Below the pieces are notes generated by a model, which was not told the origin of the DNA, searched no databases, and saw only the letters and a list, made by a program, of their open reading frames with translations. A stretch of DNA of 64,000 nt, taken from assembly GCA_040285855.1 (NCBI GenBank), contig JAUFOQ010000005.1:1054001-1118000 (forward strand), in the 5' to 3' direction. Of the stretch, positions 62,661 to 64,000 are shown piece by piece. The stretch is from Eukaryota sp. GEM-RC1 (taxonomy: Eukaryota). Within the stretch, counting starts at the first letter, position 1. Each line of letters begins with the position of its first letter. Both the position numbers and the translations under genes were made by a program.

Positions 62661-64000
62661 ATGGCCGAACCTGCAGACTTTGATGCTCGTTTAGCCATCG
62701 AAAGAAACTCTTATGAAGCTCAGATATCCACTCTTAAAAGCAAACTTTCTGAAATCTCTACAATGAAAAAAGCTGCTGAATCTGCTCTCGTTTCTGCTCA
62801 AGATGAAGTCAGTACTTTGAGCAAGCAAAATGACTCTCTCACTAGGGCTTTTTCTGAACAAATTGAGGCCACAAACTATCAAATCAATCTACGAAGATCC
62901 AAAGAACAGCAATTCATCACTCTTCAACAGAAATATCGTGACCTGCTTGACTCTCGTCATCCCCCTCTTCCTTCTACACCTACTTCTTCATCTAAGTCCT
63001 CATCTTGTTCCACTTGTGCCTCTTTGCGTGGAAAGCTCGCTGAACTTAAAGACTCTCTAAAAACTATGACAGAAAACCATGAGGGAAGAGCAAAAGTCCA
63101 AACAAGCCCTTGAAGAGAAGATCCGCATCTTGAAAGCCAGAATAGTTGATCTCCAACGCCCTGTTAAGACTTTTACTGAAGGTGGGGATGAGAAGAAGGA
63201 AGAAGAAGTTCATAAGGACGATTCTGTCCACGATATCCCTCTGAGTCATTCCTTAATGTTAGCTCAAAAAGCTAGTCAAAAGTGGTATCAGAAGTTTGTT
63301 GAATTAGGTCATAAGTATAATGAATTAGGAACAAAAGCTGAAGAGACGTTGAATACGAAAATCTTGGAGTTCGAGAAGTCTAACTCTGAGACAACTCGAA
63401 AATATGAACAGAAAATTTCAAAAATTCAATCACATTATGAGTCAACTGTTTCTTCTTTAAGAAATGAATTGTCTCAGCTAAGAAACACCTTCTCTTCTCG
63501 TGAAAATGATTATCTTTCAAAACTAGCTGAGTTTGAAAGACTCTTGGTTAAGTCTGCAAGTCAATTGAATCAATTACAGCGGGAAAAGAACAGTGCTATT
63601 CAAATAACTGAAGCTTTAGAGAACAAGGAGTGTTTAGAGTGTAATGAAGCCAATGAACAGCTTTCCAGGTTGCATCTTCAGGTAATTGATCTACAACAAG
63701 AGATTCAATCAAACGCTAATGACAATCAATCACTCTCTGATGAGCTCAATCGATCTCTACTGTCGAATGAGTCTTTAACAGTAAGAAATCAATCACTTCA
63801 AGACCGATTGAATGACGTCATGTCCACTCAGAAAGAAACGGAAGCTGAACAGTCACGTCGATTCTCATTGATGATTGAAAAGAACGACCACCAAATACGT
63901 GCAATGAGATCATATGTTGATGAATTAAAGACTAATGTTCTTGTACACCAGTGTAGAGGTAGTTTCTTAAGAAAAAGGGTTAGATGTTTAACAAAATTAC
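62661..64000 (+). CDS. Long coiled-coil protein, 3' truncated by the window
   Basis: ORF 62661..63113 continues after one extra G (gaggga, ~63083) into an open frame that appears to run to the window end; heptad-rich; IQ-like HQCRGSFLRKR near the end. Divergent from the 62579 gene across 81 bp. Confidence 0.75.

Overview
AT-rich, compact, apparently intron-poor eukaryotic (protist-like) genomic DNA using the standard genetic code. Single-copy-type genes: the 3' part of a CHD1-like SNF2 remodeler, an SLC12A9/Vhc1-like cation-chloride cotransporter, an RI-type LRR protein, a HEAT/TORTIFOLIA-like protein, a coiled-coil protein and a BTB/Skp1-LRR ORF. Expanded or unassigned genes: six copies of an uncharacterised ~500-aa multi-pass membrane family with patchwork identity, two paralogues of an RG-rich protein, a >2000-aa surface/TM protein and a secreted 22-Cys repeat protein. 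Most genes are split by 1-2 nt indels at homopolymers, most likely long-read assembly errors. The window is dense in transposons: a chromodomain Ty3/gypsy relic with nested CRE-like non-LTR and hAT elements (4.1-15.9 kb), two further CRE-like fragments, and about a dozen hAT and Tc1/pogo MITEs with readable TIRs and TSDs. The most notable candidates are a Pack-hAT-like unit (28548-30721) carrying the intact Cys-rich gene, the mosaic membrane-protein family, and structured-RNA-like cassettes inside the gypsy element.
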